From Cyanophora paradoxa CCMP329 (lineage: Eukaryota; Plantae; Glaucophyta), in contig QPMI01000698.1 in NCBI GenBank assembly GCA_004431415.1, positions 1-20,776 on the forward strand: a DNA stretch of 20,776 nucleotides, in the 5' to 3' direction. Of the stretch, positions 1 to 9,532 are shown piece by piece (position 1 is the stretch's first letter; each line of letters opens with the position of its first letter). A model generated the notes under the pieces. That model saw nothing but the letters and a program-made list of their open reading frames with translations, was not told the DNA's origin and searched no databases. The position numbers were made by a program, and so were the translations under genes.

Positions 1-938
1 CTGCGGCGCGAAGCGCGGATCGTCGAGGGGGCGGACTCCGTCTGGAAGATGGAGAAGAGGTAGCCGTCCGTGTTGTTGTCGGTGTTATTCTGGTTGCGCG
101 CGTGCGACCACTGCTTCAGCAGGTCGCGCCGCTGCGTCTCGGGCAGCGTCTTCGTGGGGTACTCCTGCAGCCGCCCGCCGTAATTTTCCTCCGGAATCAG
201 CTCGGCGAGGATGGTGGGCGGGTCTTTTCCCATGCCGATTCTCCTCGGTTCAGGTCGTCGATGAGCTCCGCGTTCTGCAGGATTCTCTCCGCGTCCTGCC
301 CCGCCTCTTGCTGCAGCTGCTCCACCAGCCTCCTTCCGGCCTCCGCGAATTTGCCGGCCAGAATTTCGCCCAGCCTCTCGTAGACGGTTGTCGTACCCGG
401 CTCCTTTTCCTTGAGTACCACGACCCAATCGTACTTTGCCCAGAGCACCTGCAGGTTCGATATGTGGTCGATCGTGACGAGCACGTGGGCGTGCAAGCAG
501 CCGTCGGTCGGCCCCACTTCCACGCCCCCCTGCACGCGAATTCCGATGATGGCGTTTGCAAAGGTATCGTCCTTGTACTTGCCGTCCTCTTCCTTTAAAT
601 TAAATCGAATGAACTTGTAGAATTCGGCGTCCGAGAGCACCTGGGCCAGGCTGCCGCGGAAGGCTCCACCTCGAATTCTCTCGCGGCGCCAGCCTCTTGT
701 GCGTGTTGAAGAGCACCAGTACCGCGACTGGCGCGCCTGTCGAATATCGTAGCGCGTGCTGCCGTCGGCGTTCTTTTTGTTGAGGATGAAAACCGAGCGA
801 CCGTCTCGTTGATTTCGGTGATGACCTTTTCGAGCGCCTCCAGCCCGTTGGCCCTCGCGGCCTGCAGCCCCGTTTTCGTCTTTTCTATGTTCTCCCTCAC
901 CTCGGTCGATTTCCTTAGGTCTCGTCGATCCTGCTCAT
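1..938 (-). CDS. HUH endonuclease (Rep-like) paralog 1; frameshifted, 3' end outside window
   Basis: Joined frames give MSRIDE..RENIEKTKTG..QSRYW/VLFNTHK (motif I-like)..AFRGSLAQVLSD..GVEVGPTDGCLHAHVLVTIDH (HUH at 485-493)..ILAELIPEENYGGRLQEYPTKT (YxxK at 150-161). The last frame stays open to position 1. Confidence 0.8.
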
Positions 939-963
939 GTCGGGCGCGGCGATATCCTGCTTC

Positions 964-1884
964 CTAATTTTCTCCTGGCCCGAACCCGGCGCGATGGTCG
1001 ACTGGCCGAAGCGGCGGCCATATCCTTGGCGGATTTCGAGGCCTTCGGCTTCGGGCCGCCCAGCACCGTCTGCGCCATCTGATTCTGCGCCTGTGCCGAC
1101 ACGGCCGTGGTGTCGCCCTCTTGCGCCGCTGCAGGCCCAAATTCGCGAGGAGGCCGCGCTCGTCCAGGAATCGTAAGCACTGCATGCAGAGCCACGAGTT
1201 CTTCGGGTACACCGGGGGCAGCTGCGCGGGCTTCTTGTCTTTGATCGGGGGTACTTGTTTTTTGGCCTTTGCGCCTTCGCCCACTCGTTGGCCCTGTCGA
1301 CCTTTTCGCGTAATCGGCGTACGCGGCCTCCTTCTTCGCGGTCGCTCCGCGACGGCCTCCGCGGTGCCCTTTTTGCGGGTATGCTCGGGATTTCGTACAT
1401 GAGGCGCAGGCAGCGGTAGCAGACGGGCGCGATTTTGGGCGCTCTGGAAGGCGCGCGGGATGGCCCGCAGGCGCTCCTCGGGCAGCGCGTCGTAGAACTG
1501 CTTGCTGTGGATGCTCCAGAACGTGGCATCTTTGTAGTAGGCGTCGAGCGCAGTGGTTTCCGGTACCTGCACGCGCGTGATCGGATCCTCGAGAATTTTA
1601 ACTACATCCGGGATGCCCTTCTGCATTTCGATGATCTGCCCGTTTTCGCCCTCGACCAGCACGGCCCGCTTTGGAATTTCGACTATGGGCATATCGAGCT
1701 CGTTGTATTTCTTTTCCTTCATCTTCTTCCCCCGCTTCCCCTTTGGCTTCGGCTCATCCTCGGCCTCTTCCTCTTCTACCTCTTCCTCTGATTCCGACTC
1801 TGGCTTCTCCTCCTCTTCCTCGTAAGCCGACCCCTCGGACTCGCTCTCCGGCTTCTTCTTGCGGCCTCGGCGCCTCGGAGGCAT
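964..1884 (-). CDS. Hypothetical viral protein with acidic/basic N-terminus and two CxxC motifs; frameshifted, 3' end approximate
   Basis: ATG 1884 (MPPRRRGRKKKPESESE..) lies 15 nt after TAAATTTTTTC. CYRC and CMQC occur in adjacent frames. Confidence 0.6.
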   Translation of the reverse strand: MPPRRRGRKKKPESESEGSAYEEEEEKPESESEEEVEEEEAEDEPKPKGKRGKKMKEKKYNELDMPIVEIPKRAVLVEGENGQIIEMQKGIPDVVKILEDPITRVQVPETTALDAYYKDATFWSIHSKQFYDALPEERLRAIPRAFQSAQNRARLLPLPAPHVRNPEHTRKKGTAEAVAERPRRRRPRTPITRKGRQGQRVGEGAKAKKQVPPIKDKKPAQLPPVYPKNSWLCMQCLRFLDERGLLANLGLQRRKRATPRPCRHRRRIRWRRRCWAARSRRPRNPPRIWPPLRPVDHRAGFGPGEN

Positions 1885-1907
1885 ATTTATTGGACACGAG
1901 AAAAAAT

Positions 1908-2744
1908 TTACACGAGCTTTACAGCGCCCGTCTCGAGGGCCTCTACCGTCTTCGTAATGTACAGCTGCAGCAGATCCTTGAGGTTGCTCTGAGGCAGCAA
2001 TTTCACGTCTACGTGCATCTGCCTGGCGGTTTCTCGCTTCCTGTAGCCCGTCTCCTTGCCCGTCCACTGCATGCCGAGGGCGTCCTTTCTCCGTATCGGC
2101 CGCACCGCCGTCTTCTGGTACTCCTCCCCGAACCAGTCGTCCTTGTAGAAATTCGGCAGGCCGCCCTGTCCCTCCGTTTGCATGAACTTGATGAGGAAAT
2201 CCGACGCCCGCTTGCCGTCGAATTGCACGCGCGAGTAGTGCACCAGCGTGAGCAGGATGTGCGCGTGGAGCCGCCCCGACCGCGGCCCGTACTCGATGCC
2301 GATGTTCGCGTTGCCCTCTCCACGTGCGTGTCGTACTGGTCGGACTTGAAATCGAAGCCCTTGGGGTTCGCCTTGTCGGGTACACCCCCATCTTTATGCA
2401 CCGCGCCAGCTGCCTGTCGTCGTAGAAGAGGGCCTCCAGCCCCCTGTAAAAGGCGTCCTGCACCTTGGCGCCCTCTCCCTGCTCCGCGGCTTGTAGTTGG
2501 TCTGGATGGTGATCATGAAATTCGACTCGCGCTGGGCCGATCCTCTCCGTTCAGTCTCCTCACGGCGCCGCGTCCAGCACCTTCTGGAACCACGTCTTGT
2601 CGGGCGCCAGCACCTTGTCGTTGATGTTGCCCACCACGATGTGAGTCTCTACCCGGGAGCGGCGGAGGCGTCCATGCGGAGGTGCGGGTTCGGGGCTCGG
2701 GCTTGCCTGTTTGCTGCTACGCCCCTCGCGATGAGGTTGAGCAT
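1908..2744 (-). CDS. HUH endonuclease (Rep-like) paralog 2; frameshifted
   Basis: Joined frames give MLNLIARG..ESNFMITIQTNYKP..QDAFYRGLEALFYDD..NIGIEYGPRSGRLHAHILLTLVH (HUH at 2259-2267)..VDVKLLPQSNLKDLLQLYITKT (YxxK at 1950-1961). Motifs are colinear with paralog 1. Confidence 0.82.
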
Positions 2745-2760
2745 GTCAGACCAAGGCCTA

Positions 2761-2770
2761 GAAAATTTTC
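2761..2770. promoter_or_regulatory. Palindromic GAAAATTTTC, a bidirectional copy of the recurrent viral upstream motif
   Basis: Perfect palindrome between divergent HUH2 and VLTF3, 16 nt upstream of the HUH2 ATG. Confidence 0.55.
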
Positions 2771-2818
2771 CGAGGCTAGGGTGAGCTTCCACGTGGGGCC
2801 CCGGGGTACGTTCACACC

Positions 2819-2846
2819 TCACCTGAGCCTCACATGAATCACCTGA
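2819..2846 (+). promoter_or_regulatory. TCACCTGA motif cluster (3 copies, ~10-bp period)
   Basis: TCACCTGA 2819, TCACATGA 2830, TCACCTGA 2839. The same motif clusters at 14409-14457 and 14819-14849. Confidence 0.5.
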
Positions 2847-2964
2847 GCAACGCCTTCTGTCACATCTGCGGCCTCACCTGCGGCTGGGACCCACTCGATT
2901 GCGCGAAGCCCGTTTGCCACTTCTGCAAGGGAATAGCGCAGCTGCAGTACGAGGACTCGGAGGA

Positions 2965-3773
2965 ATGGCGGACTCTGGCGAAATCGATCTCCTGCTCCGA
3001 AACTTCGAGCAGATCCAGCGCTACGGCGCCATCCTTCACGACGAGGGGGACCCAGACTTCGACACTCCGGCACCGTACCCCGCCGCCGCCGCCGCCATCA
3101 CCAGTTCCTACCTCGGGGCCGGAGAGCGCCCCCGCAAGCGCAACCGCCGCACCCAAGGCCCCCAAGGCGAAGCCGCTGTCCCCTGCGGAAATTGCGGCTC
3201 TACCGCCCTCGTTGGTGTTCACCTGGATGGGGATCTGGTTTGCCAAGGTTGCGGTCTGGTCCTGGATCTTTATTATCCGGATCATCAACCCCTGGCTGTC
3301 AGCGAAATCCACAGCAACTACCTGCGGAAGTACCACGTATCTGAGCGACTTAAGCAGCACTGCCTGGAGGATTCTCCTGTACCCGAGGACGTGCTGGCAG
3401 CTATTGCGAGGCGCATGGCAATATCCGCCAAGTTCTCCGGGCTCTGAAGCAGCAGAAGTACATCGAGCGCTGGGCGCAGATCAAGTGGCGCATCACGGGC
3501 GAGCGCCCGCCTCCGATGAGCGCGGAGGATATGGACCGGGTGCAGGAGATGTTCGCCCTGGTGGAGGTCCCCTTCAGCATGTTCAAGTCGCAGGGCAGGA
3601 AGAACATGCTCAACTACAACTACGTTTTCAGACAGATTTTCGTGCTGCTAGATTTGCCCCAGCACCTCCCCTACTTTCCCTTGCTCAAGAGCAGGCAGAA
3701 ACTCTCGGAGTTAGATTCGATTTGGAACAGGATCTGCGAGTACAACGACTGGCATTTCTTTCCTACTCTTTAG
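2965..3773 (+). CDS. VLTF3: Viral late transcription factor 3 (poxvirus A2-like) with N-terminal TFIIB-type Zn ribbon; one frameshift near 3410-3420
   Basis: CGNCG..DGDLVCQGCGLVLD; YLRKYHVSERLKQ; IRQVLRALKQQKYIE; RKNMLNYNYVFRQIFVLLDLPQHLPYFPLLKSRQKLSELDSIWNRICEYNDWHFFPTL matches the VLTF3 C-terminal signature. Confidence 0.93.
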
Positions 3774-4118
3774 CTACTCTTTAGTGATCGCGGCGGCCTT
3801 CCGCTCGAGCGCCTGCTTGATTCCGAAGCTAGCGCTGGTAGCCTTGATTAGCATGTTCGTCTGCCCGTGTGTAAATCCGAGGATGAACATAATTCCGCCG
3901 GTGGGGTCGTCGTCGAAGAACTTGAGGGTGAGCACGTATTTCGAGAGCAGGCCGAGGGAGAGGCCGTTGACGGCGACTTGCGCGGCGAGCTCGGCCGCGT
4001 GGCCCGCCCTATTTTCGCCTTCGTGCGAGGAGAAGGCGGCGTCGATGAGGGAGCCGGATGCCAGGCCGAGGGCGTACTGCACGATAGCCTGGGAGAGCCC
4101 TAGGAGCACCTTTGACAT
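3774..4118 (-). CDS. Small hydrophobic protein, probably membrane (114 aa)
   Basis: Intact ORF with three hydrophobic segments; upstream AAAAATTTCCGAGG motif 15 nt before the ATG; abuts the VLTF3 stop. Confidence 0.7.
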   Translation of the reverse strand: MSKVLLGLSQAIVQYALGLASGSLIDAAFSSHEGENRAGHAAELAAQVAVNGLSLGLLSKYVLTLKFFDDDPTGGIMFILGFTHGQTNMLIKATSASFGIKQALERKAAAITKE

Positions 4119-4153
4119 TTTCCTGGGGCCTCGGAAATTTTTAAGGGGCGCGC

Positions 4154-4498
4154 CTAGGCGTCGGAGTCCTCGTCCTCAGTCTCTTCCTCTTCCGAGCTCG
4201 ATTCCGAGGTTGCAAAGTCGTCCGGGTCGCGCACGTAAATAACCCTGTCTCCCTCTTCGTCTGTCATCTCCTCCGAGCTGGAATCCTCGCTGCCCAGCGA
4301 CTCGGCCGCGGCCTCGTCCGCCGCCTCCGAGGTCAGGCGCTCCCAGTTAATTCCCAGCGCGTCGCAGACCCTCTCCAGGGCGCTGCTGACCTCGCCGTCG
4401 TTGAAGGGCGAGGAGGGGTCGAGGCTGGCCTCCAGGAGGCAGTCGTAGACGACGGACTCTACGCGGAAGACGGAGGCGATATGGGCGCTGGGCGACAT
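4154..4498 (-). CDS. Hypothetical acidic protein (114 aa)
   Basis: Intact ORF with D/E/S-rich tail; upstream ATTTTTTCTGAGG motif 19 nt before the ATG. Confidence 0.65.
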   Translation of the reverse strand: MSPSAHIASVFRVESVVYDCLLEASLDPSSPFNDGEVSSALERVCDALGINWERLTSEAADEAAAESLGSEDSSSEEMTDEEGDRVIYVRDPDDFATSESSSEEEETEDEDSDA

Positions 4499-4524
4499 GC
4501 TTACGCACGTGGCCTCAGAAAAAA

Positions 4525-5593
4525 TCAGGCGAGGCCGCGGTGCTTCCTGAAATTATCTATCATGCCGAGGAGCGTCTTGTCCACCGTGCCGTCGTCCGGA
4601 CCCACGAGATTTTCCCCGTTGACGGTTTCGCCCTCCCAGTACTCCTTGGATCCGATTCGGAACGGGGGCGGCTCCTCGGCCTTGTAGACGTAAAGGACGT
4701 CCAGAGGGTTCGTAGAGTTGTTGGAAGAATCGATGATAAGGCAGTGGTTATCCTGCGTGTACTTGTCGAGCAGGTAGTAGAAGGCGCGCTGGGATATGAT
4801 GTCGCCCCACTCCTTTGCGAGGGCCTCGCGCTGCATCGCCTGCGAGCACTTGAAAATGACAGCCAGATCAGTATTGGAGCGCAGGACGGGATTGATGCCC
4901 TTGGCATACTGCGTCGTGATAAGGGTCATGATTTTGTAGTGGCGCCCCGCCACGAACAGCTCGTTGAGCGCCTCGTCGTACCGCAGCCGCGCGTCGGAAA
5001 TCACGTCGTCGAGCAGCACGAAAAATCGCGGGTCGACGGGATCTTCCTTTCCCGCGAGCACGTCTTCCGACTTGTTGTGCTGCATGATCGCCTGCTGCCT
5101 TCTGAATAAATGGAAGAGCACGCCCGGGTTGTACTTGGGCCAGATGAAGCGCTGGGGGATGTACTGCTTCCAGTACCCGTTCAGGCGATCGGTCTGGCTG
5201 ATTACGATACCCCCCGGGAAGGTGCCCGAGAGGTTGAACATGAGATCGCGAAGGAAGAAGGACTTGCCCGTGCGCCGTTTGCCGACGCAGACGACCGTGG
5301 CGTCCGGCTTGACGGTGTTCACGTCGAACCACTTAAGTTCGGGCAGGCAGGCCATGCGCTCGATGCCGCCCGTCTTCGAGTTGTCGAGGAAGGCGTTGAC
5401 CTGCTCGGGCGTGAGCTGCATGCCGTCCTCTGTCATGCCCATGGCGCAGCTGGCGCCGGCGGCGGGGGCGGTGCCCGAGCCCGAGCCCGAGGCCTGGCCG
5501 GCGGGGCGGGGCCGCGGGCGCTGCGCCTGCGGGCTGGGCGGCCTGGGGCTTGGCCGCCTTCGGCTTCTTCGGCTTCTTGGGGTCCTTGGCCAT
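4525..5593 (-). CDS. A32: A32-like FtsK/HerA genome-packaging ATPase; frameshift in the low-complexity N-terminus
   Basis: Walker A VGKRRTGKS, Walker B FFVLLDDV, and GRHYKIMTLITTQY..PVLRSNTD typical of A32. Likely start MAKDPKKPKK at 5593. Confidence 0.95.
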
Positions 5594-5630
5594 TTTACCC
5601 CCTTCATTCAGATTTTCTTGTGACCTCGGA

Positions 5631-6106
5631 ATGAAGATTCTCGGCGTGGATGTGGGGTCATTAATTTCGCCTGGTGCCTCATCGAATTCGATCCGCAGAC
5701 AAAGGAATCCCAGATTCTCGACTGGCAAAAGATCGCCCTCTTCCCGTCTGCGCGCTGCTGTGGCCGCCTTGTGGCGCGCCTGGTTGAGGTTACTCGCGGC
5801 CATAGCGCCTTCGGCCTTCCCGACCAGATCGCGATCGAGGGCCAGAGGACGGGAATTAATCGCTGCATCGAGTGCACGCTCCACGCCCTCCTGTACGGGC
5901 GTGCGCGGATCGTGAGCCCGCGCGCCATCAAGCACTTCTTCAAGATCTCGAACCCGAGCTACAAGGAGCGCAAGCGCGGCGCCGTGGACAAGTGCCGCGA
6001 CCTTGTACCCGCCGAGCTTGCCGATATCGCGGATCGAAACGGCAAGCTTGACGACCTCTGCGACGCCTACTTAATCGCCCTCTACGCCGCCCTCAATCCG
6101 TTGTGA
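5631..6106 (+). CDS. RuvC-like Holliday junction resolvase (poxvirus A22-type); one frameshift in a G run near 5654-5657
   Basis: MKILGVDVG/VINFAWC..IAIEGQ..VSPRAIKHFF..RKRGAV..KLDDLCDAYL; RuvC-type acidic catalytic residues present. Confidence 0.88.
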
Positions 6107-6135
6107 TCCCATTGTGATTTCTGGAGGGCCCGCAG

Positions 6136-6297
6136 ATGGGATCGTCATGCCGTAAGCCGAGGCCCCTCTGCTGCGAAATCTGCCGCCTGCCCCAGACCAA
6201 GCGCGGCTGGGTGCTCAAGGCGGGCGTCTACGTCTGCTGCCCCCGGTGCGCCGTCCGCTACTACGCACTTTTTTCTGAAGGCTGTCTACACCCGTAG
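6136..6297 (+). CDS. Small Zn-finger protein (53 aa, absent from the ORF track)
   Basis: MGSSCRKPRPLCCEICRLPQTKRGWVLKAGVYVCCPRCAVRYYALFSEGCLHP*; two CxxC; GATTTCTGGAGG motif 14 nt upstream. Confidence 0.6.
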   Translation: MGSSCRKPRPLCCEICRLPQTKRGWVLKAGVYVCCPRCAVRYYALFSEGCLHP

Positions 6298-6306
6298 CTA
6301 GATCCC

Positions 6307-6699
6307 ATGGAGCACGCCCACTACTGCTTCAAGTGCCGCTCCAACACCAAGCTCGCCAACGTCGAGGTGCGTACCAGCAAGAACAACCGCCAGGTGGCCG
6401 TCGGCTCCTGCACGCAATGCAGCGGCCGCGTCTCGCGCTTCATGCGCCGGGTCCTCGAGGAGGGGGCCCGGGAGACCAGCCCCCCGCCGCAGCGCCCGCA
6501 GGTGGCCCACGCCACTGGCCCGGCCGCCGGCTCGAGCCAGGCACCGGCAGCCCCTACGGTCCCGAAGCCCCCCGCGGCGCCCCGGGCCAAGAAGACGGCG
6601 GCGCCGGCGGACGACTCGGCGCCCGCCGAGAGCCAAGTCCCGAAGCGCCATCGCGCGCCGAAGAAGTCGGCGAGCGAGCCTGCGATTCTTCAGCAGTGA
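6307..6699 (+). CDS. DUF5679-like Zn-ribbon protein with Pro/Ala/Lys-rich tail
   Basis: YCFKCR..TSKNNR....GSCTQCSGRVSRF fits the DUF5679 pattern as recalled. Confidence 0.75.
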   Translation: MEHAHYCFKCRSNTKLANVEVRTSKNNRQVAVGSCTQCSGRVSRFMRRVLEEGARETSPPPQRPQVAHATGPAAGSSQAPAAPTVPKPPAAPRAKKTAAPADDSAPAESQVPKRHRAPKKSASEPAILQQ

Positions 6700-6944
6700 T
6701 TCGGCGGCGCAACTGCCCAGTTCACTGCTTCGTCTGCGACTACCCCCCCACCTGCTTCCCGGGCCACCTGCAGTTCGGCCACGAGATCACGGTGGCGCGC
6801 GTGGGCGGGCGGGCCCGCCTCGTCTGCAGGCGCTGCGCGCGCGGCCTCTTCGCCGACTTTCGCAGGATCCGCGACAGGGAGCTCACGGGCAGTATTTCTA
6901 AGTCCCTCCCCAAATTAAGAAATGGCCTCCCTGCTGTTCGATAG
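6696..6944 (+). CDS. Small CxxC..CxxC protein; start uncertain (GTG overlapping the previous stop)
   Basis: HCFVCDY...LVCRRCARG; GTGA start/stop overlap; fills the intergenic gap. Confidence 0.45.
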   Translation: MIRRRNCPVHCFVCDYPPTCFPGHLQFGHEITVARVGGRARLVCRRCARGLFADFRRIRDRELTGSISKSLPKLRNGLPAVR

Positions 6945-7185
6945 GGATATGTACCAAATGCGCAACCATTTCGAGGGCATCTACCCGCCGCGCGTGCCGC
7001 AGGAGCAGTTTCCGCGCCCGCACTACACGGACCACCGCACGCACGGGCTGAGCAGGCCGGGGGCCGCCCAGCTGCTGCAGCACCACGGGGGCGCGGCGGC
7101 GGAGCGCGACTGGTCGCCCCTCTGGATTATAGCGGGGATCCTGGTGGGGTACCTCCTCTTCCGACCCAGTGTAATTTCTCAGTAG
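6922..7185 (+). CDS. Small protein with C-terminal transmembrane helix (87 aa)
   Basis: WSPLWIIAGILVGYLLFR; ATTTCTAAG motif 23 nt upstream. Confidence 0.7.
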   Translation: MASLLFDRDMYQMRNHFEGIYPPRVPQEQFPRPHYTDHRTHGLSRPGAAQLLQHHGGAAAERDWSPLWIIAGILVGYLLFRPSVISQ

Positions 7186-7199
7186 GGTGCTGTGCAACA

Positions 7200-7478
7200 A
7201 TGCCAGAGGCGCAGAAGAAGCCCGCGAAAAAGGCGCCCACGAACGGGCAGGAGAAGCCGACGAAGGCCGAGGTGAAGGAGGCGAAGGAGAAGCTGAAGGG
7301 CCCGCCCGAATTTCCTAAGGGGCCGAAGCCGCTGTACGAGGACGTCTCGCCCGGCGAAATATTCGTGGCGATGCGCCCGACGAAGCAGGGGAAGAAGGGC
7401 GGCGACAAGAAGGACGGGAAGGACGACAAGGCCAAGACCGATAAAATTTCAAAGCCCACCCCTAAGAAGAGCAAATGA
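7200..7478 (+). CDS. Lys-rich basic small protein, possible DNA-binding core protein (92 aa)
   Basis: Intact ORF, very K-rich; AATTTCTC motif 21 nt upstream. Confidence 0.65.
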   Translation: MPEAQKKPAKKAPTNGQEKPTKAEVKEAKEKLKGPPEFPKGPKPLYEDVSPGEIFVAMRPTKQGKKGGDKKDGKDDKAKTDKISKPTPKKSK

Positions 7479-9505
7479 GGGGGCTCGCCTCGCGTTTCGC
7501 GCCGCGCAACGTGCTCGCGATTCCGGGGGGCGGGGACTCGCACATCACGCCCTTCGAAAGCGATAAGTACGCCCACTTTCAGCAGATGGCGAAAACCGCA
7601 CTATTCAGGGGCCGCGAGGCCCGGGATCGTCCAGAGGGCCGAGACGAGATCGAAAACCTCGCGAAAATCGAGGCGCAGGCCATCGCCAACGCCTACTACA
7701 TTAACAAGTTCCAGCAGATGGAATCCTCGCTCGACCAAGAGTACGAGGAGGGTTTCCGCTCGTGGCTCATGGGCCAGTCGGCCTTCCATGGCCCGCAAAG
7801 GGCGGAAGGAGCAAGCGCCTGCAACGTTGACGGCGCGAACCTGACGATGCTACCAGGCGTGCGCGATTTCTGCAAGTCGAAGGAGGATCAGATCACTGAG
7901 TTCTTAAAGCGCAAGAAGCGGCTGGAGACCCTGGGTCCGATGAACCTCGAAGACGCGTACTACTATTACAAGTACATCATCAACGGCGAAGAGTTCAAGC
8001 CGACGAGCATCTACGCGCGCGAGCCGGAGGATCCCAGACGCAAGGATTACTCCGATCGGAACACACAGCAGCCGTTCACGCAGGCCGAGCCCCCCGGAGA
8101 GAACGACGAGGGGCCGGGCCCAGACGAGAGCCGCCAGCCGGACAAGCGTGCCAGCGCGCGCAGGATCGAGGCGAACCTTGCCAAGTTGGTCAAGATTATC
8201 CGCGAGCAGAAGGAGCAGGCCGCACGCATTCACACCGACGACAACGAAGCCGTGCGGGAGGATGCCGCCGAGGCGCTCGGAAACCTTCCCAAGAAGGCGG
8301 CGAAGGAGGCCCTGATCCAATCGGCCCTGCCGGGTAAGAAAAACCGCGGGGGTGGGGGGGGCGACGAGGGCGGCGAGGGGGGCGACGGGGGCGGTGCGCC
8401 GCCCCCTGGGGACGGGGCTGAGGACGCGGAGGGTGACGTCGAGATGGGCGAGCCCCCCACGGGATCCGGCGTAGAGGAAACCCCCAACCGCCCGCTGCGG
8501 CCCCGTAATCTAGAGGATCAGCTGAGAGGCGAGCCCGCCGCTGGCCCGAGCGGTGTGGCCGCCGAGCCCGAGGCCCCACCCCCCAGCGCCCCGGAGGCCA
8601 TCCAAGCGGCCGTGGGGGCTGCCGTTCAGACCGCGGTAGAGGCCGCCGTGCAGGCCGTGACCGGGGAGGAGACCACGGCCGAGGGAGCTCGGCGCATGCG
8701 CAGGGCCGTCCGCCCCGAAGACACGCGCAACCTCCTTAAAACGAGCGGCAAGCGCGAACCTGCTGAATTCCGAGACGAGGAACTTACAGAGCTTAAGAGG
8801 TCCAGGGCGGAATGGCTGAATGCGCTGGTGAATGGAAAACCCCCTCCCCTTGAAGGCCTTACCCTCACCGATTCCACCGGATACGAGTACTTAGACGTCG
8901 ACGGACTATCGCGGAACTTTGCCGGGTTCTTGATGGCACGTGGGCTTTACCCCACCAGACTTAGCGCAGCAGATCACCGCGCCGCCGTCCCGCAGCTGGC
9001 GAAAGTGTACCTTCAGGAAGTCAGTCGCCTTTTTAGCGGAAATCCCGAGATTACGTACAGCATCGGGGAGCAGCTCGTCGACATCCGAGATGAGCTGAAC
9101 GCAACCGCACAGTGGTTGTTCCGCAGCTACCGGAATCAGGAGAAAGAGAGGAAGATCTACGGCGGGTGGGTTGAGCCGTTATACCCGAGCGGCGAGGCAT
9201 CTGATCCCACAAAACGGTGGTCAGGGATCCCTATCCGGCCAGATGATTTCACAAGGGCCGAACCCGAGCCAACCCCTCGGTGGCTAACCGAGTTCCGGAA
9301 GCAGCAGTCTCTTCGTGAGGCCCGCGAAGCCCGGAATCGACGGTTGCGCCCCGAGGATGAACCTGCAGTGGAAGAGTTACGAGGCTTCGGTGCAGATTTC
9401 GGACCCCTCCTGCCAGCTCGGATGATGGATATCCCACCAATTCAATTCACGGATATGCCGCGGACGTGGTACAGGCCTTCGCAGGGGCCATCGGGCGCCG
9501 CCTGA
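7475..9505 (+). CDS. Large hypothetical viral protein (676 aa) with globular N-domain and disordered middle
   Basis: Uninterrupted 2-kb ORF immediately upstream of MCP; AAAATTTC motif 24 nt upstream. Confidence 0.8.
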   Translation: MRGLASRFAPRNVLAIPGGGDSHITPFESDKYAHFQQMAKTALFRGREARDRPEGRDEIENLAKIEAQAIANAYYINKFQQMESSLDQEYEEGFRSWLMGQSAFHGPQRAEGASACNVDGANLTMLPGVRDFCKSKEDQITEFLKRKKRLETLGPMNLEDAYYYYKYIINGEEFKPTSIYAREPEDPRRKDYSDRNTQQPFTQAEPPGENDEGPGPDESRQPDKRASARRIEANLAKLVKIIREQKEQAARIHTDDNEAVREDAAEALGNLPKKAAKEALIQSALPGKKNRGGGGGDEGGEGGDGGGAPPPGDGAEDAEGDVEMGEPPTGSGVEETPNRPLRPRNLEDQLRGEPAAGPSGVAAEPEAPPPSAPEAIQAAVGAAVQTAVEAAVQAVTGEETTAEGARRMRRAVRPEDTRNLLKTSGKREPAEFRDEELTELKRSRAEWLNALVNGKPPPLEGLTLTDSTGYEYLDVDGLSRNFAGFLMARGLYPTRLSAADHRAAVPQLAKVYLQEVSRLFSGNPEITYSIGEQLVDIRDELNATAQWLFRSYRNQEKERKIYGGWVEPLYPSGEASDPTKRWSGIPIRPDDFTRAEPEPTPRWLTEFRKQQSLREAREARNRRLRPEDEPAVEELRGFGADFGPLLPARMMDIPPIQFTDMPRTWYRPSQGPSGAA

Positions 9506-9532
9506 AAAATTTTCTCAACGCACCCCTAAACC

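Noticed and set aside
1-63. Apparent 3' end of a + strand ORF (..VWKMEKR*)
   Set aside because: Antisense to the HUH1 frame that carries YPTK and is open to the window edge.
964-2463. 499-aa ORF in the track
   Set aside because: Chimera of part of HUH2 and the separate gene starting at 1884, produced by frameshifts.
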